Source of the DNA: Candidatus Latescibacterota bacterium
GTDB lineage: Bacteria > Latescibacterota > UBA2968
Direction of reading: 5' to 3'
DNA: 64,000 nucleotides
Assembly: GCA_965198115.1 (NCBI GenBank)
Contig: OZ240241.1
Coordinates: 4,832,001-4,896,000 of the forward strand
The translations under genes were made by a program, and so were the position numbers. Under the pieces are notes generated by a model. That model searched no databases. It was given only the letters and a program-made list of their open reading frames with translations, and was not told the DNA's origin. Shown here piece by piece: positions 63,518 through 64,000 of this stretch (within the stretch, counting starts at the first letter, position 1; each line of letters begins with the position of its first letter).

Positions 63518-64000
63518 TCAGGATCCGAGGATGGTCGTCAGGTCGAGGTGGTCTTCGGCGAAGGCGCCACGGGTGCCCTCGCCCGGGGCGGTCAGGTGTG
63601 AGGCATAGGGGAGACGACCGAGCGTGGGGACGCCAGTATGACGCTCGACGGAGGCGGGGCTTTTCTGTGCGGACAGTGTGGGTGCCCCCTCCATTGTCTG
63701 GTTGTAGACCACACCGAGGACGGGAAGGTTGCGATGGAGCAGCGCCTCGATGGTCATCCGCGTCTGATTGATCGTTCCAAGTGCAGCCCTCGCGACGATG
63801 AGGATGGGCAGTGAAAACCGAGCTGCCAGGTCGACCATCGAAACGGTGTCGGTGATGGGAACCAGGATCCCTCCGGCGCCTTCCACGAGGATCCGTTCGT
63901 GCAGCTTCGATAGTTCCTCGAAGCTCGAGTAGATGGAATCGACGTCGATGCATACGTTCTCGAGGTCGGCGGCGATGTCCGGAGACAGGGGATTCGCGAG
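63518..64000 (-). CDS. bioD: Dethiobiotin synthase (5' part outside window)
   Basis: PLSP.IAA, ILVEGAGGILVPI and VARAALGTINQT...EAL. Confidence 0.92.
   Translation of the reverse strand, partial: LANPLSPDIAADLENVCIDVDSIYSSFEELSKLHERILVEGAGGILVPITDTVSMVDLAARFSLPILIVARAALGTINQTRMTIEALLHRNLPVLGVVYNQTMEGAPTLSAQKSPASVERHTGVPTLGRLPYASHLTAPGEGTRGAFAEDHLDLTTILGS

Overview
GC-rich bacterial chromosomal window from a lineage with heavy IS activity. The DUF6785-type membrane protein and sugar-acid catabolic genes suggest a Latescibacterota/Poribacteria-like organism (inference only). 1-11.3 kb is a decayed island: nested or truncated ISAzo13, ISL3, IS5, IS3, IS21 and IS630 elements, a DUF433/VapC45-like toxin-antitoxin pair with both genes split by ISs, and MmeI-like, DUF6602 and trypsin fragments. 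11.3-24.4 kb is a 10.3-kb block between two direct ISL3 copies whose target-site duplications are swapped, and a radical SAM gene is cut across the two inner ends. This is the structure of an integrated, circularly permuted DNA circle and is the main finding. 24.5-64 kb is mostly core and metabolic genes: CocE/NonD, PIG-L, PhyH, AKR, addAB, two mandelate racemase-family paralogs, SSS and TAXI-TRAP transporters, HOT, an IS1380-split fliL, eno, HDOD, PAS-HisKA, IS256 and bioD. Intergenic spaces repeatedly carry cargo-less 7-, 8- and 9-mer tandem-repeat hairpin elements. Many single-base frameshifts probably reflect long-read consensus errors. I found no CRISPR array, rRNA or convincing tRNA. All family calls come from recalled motifs, not database searches.
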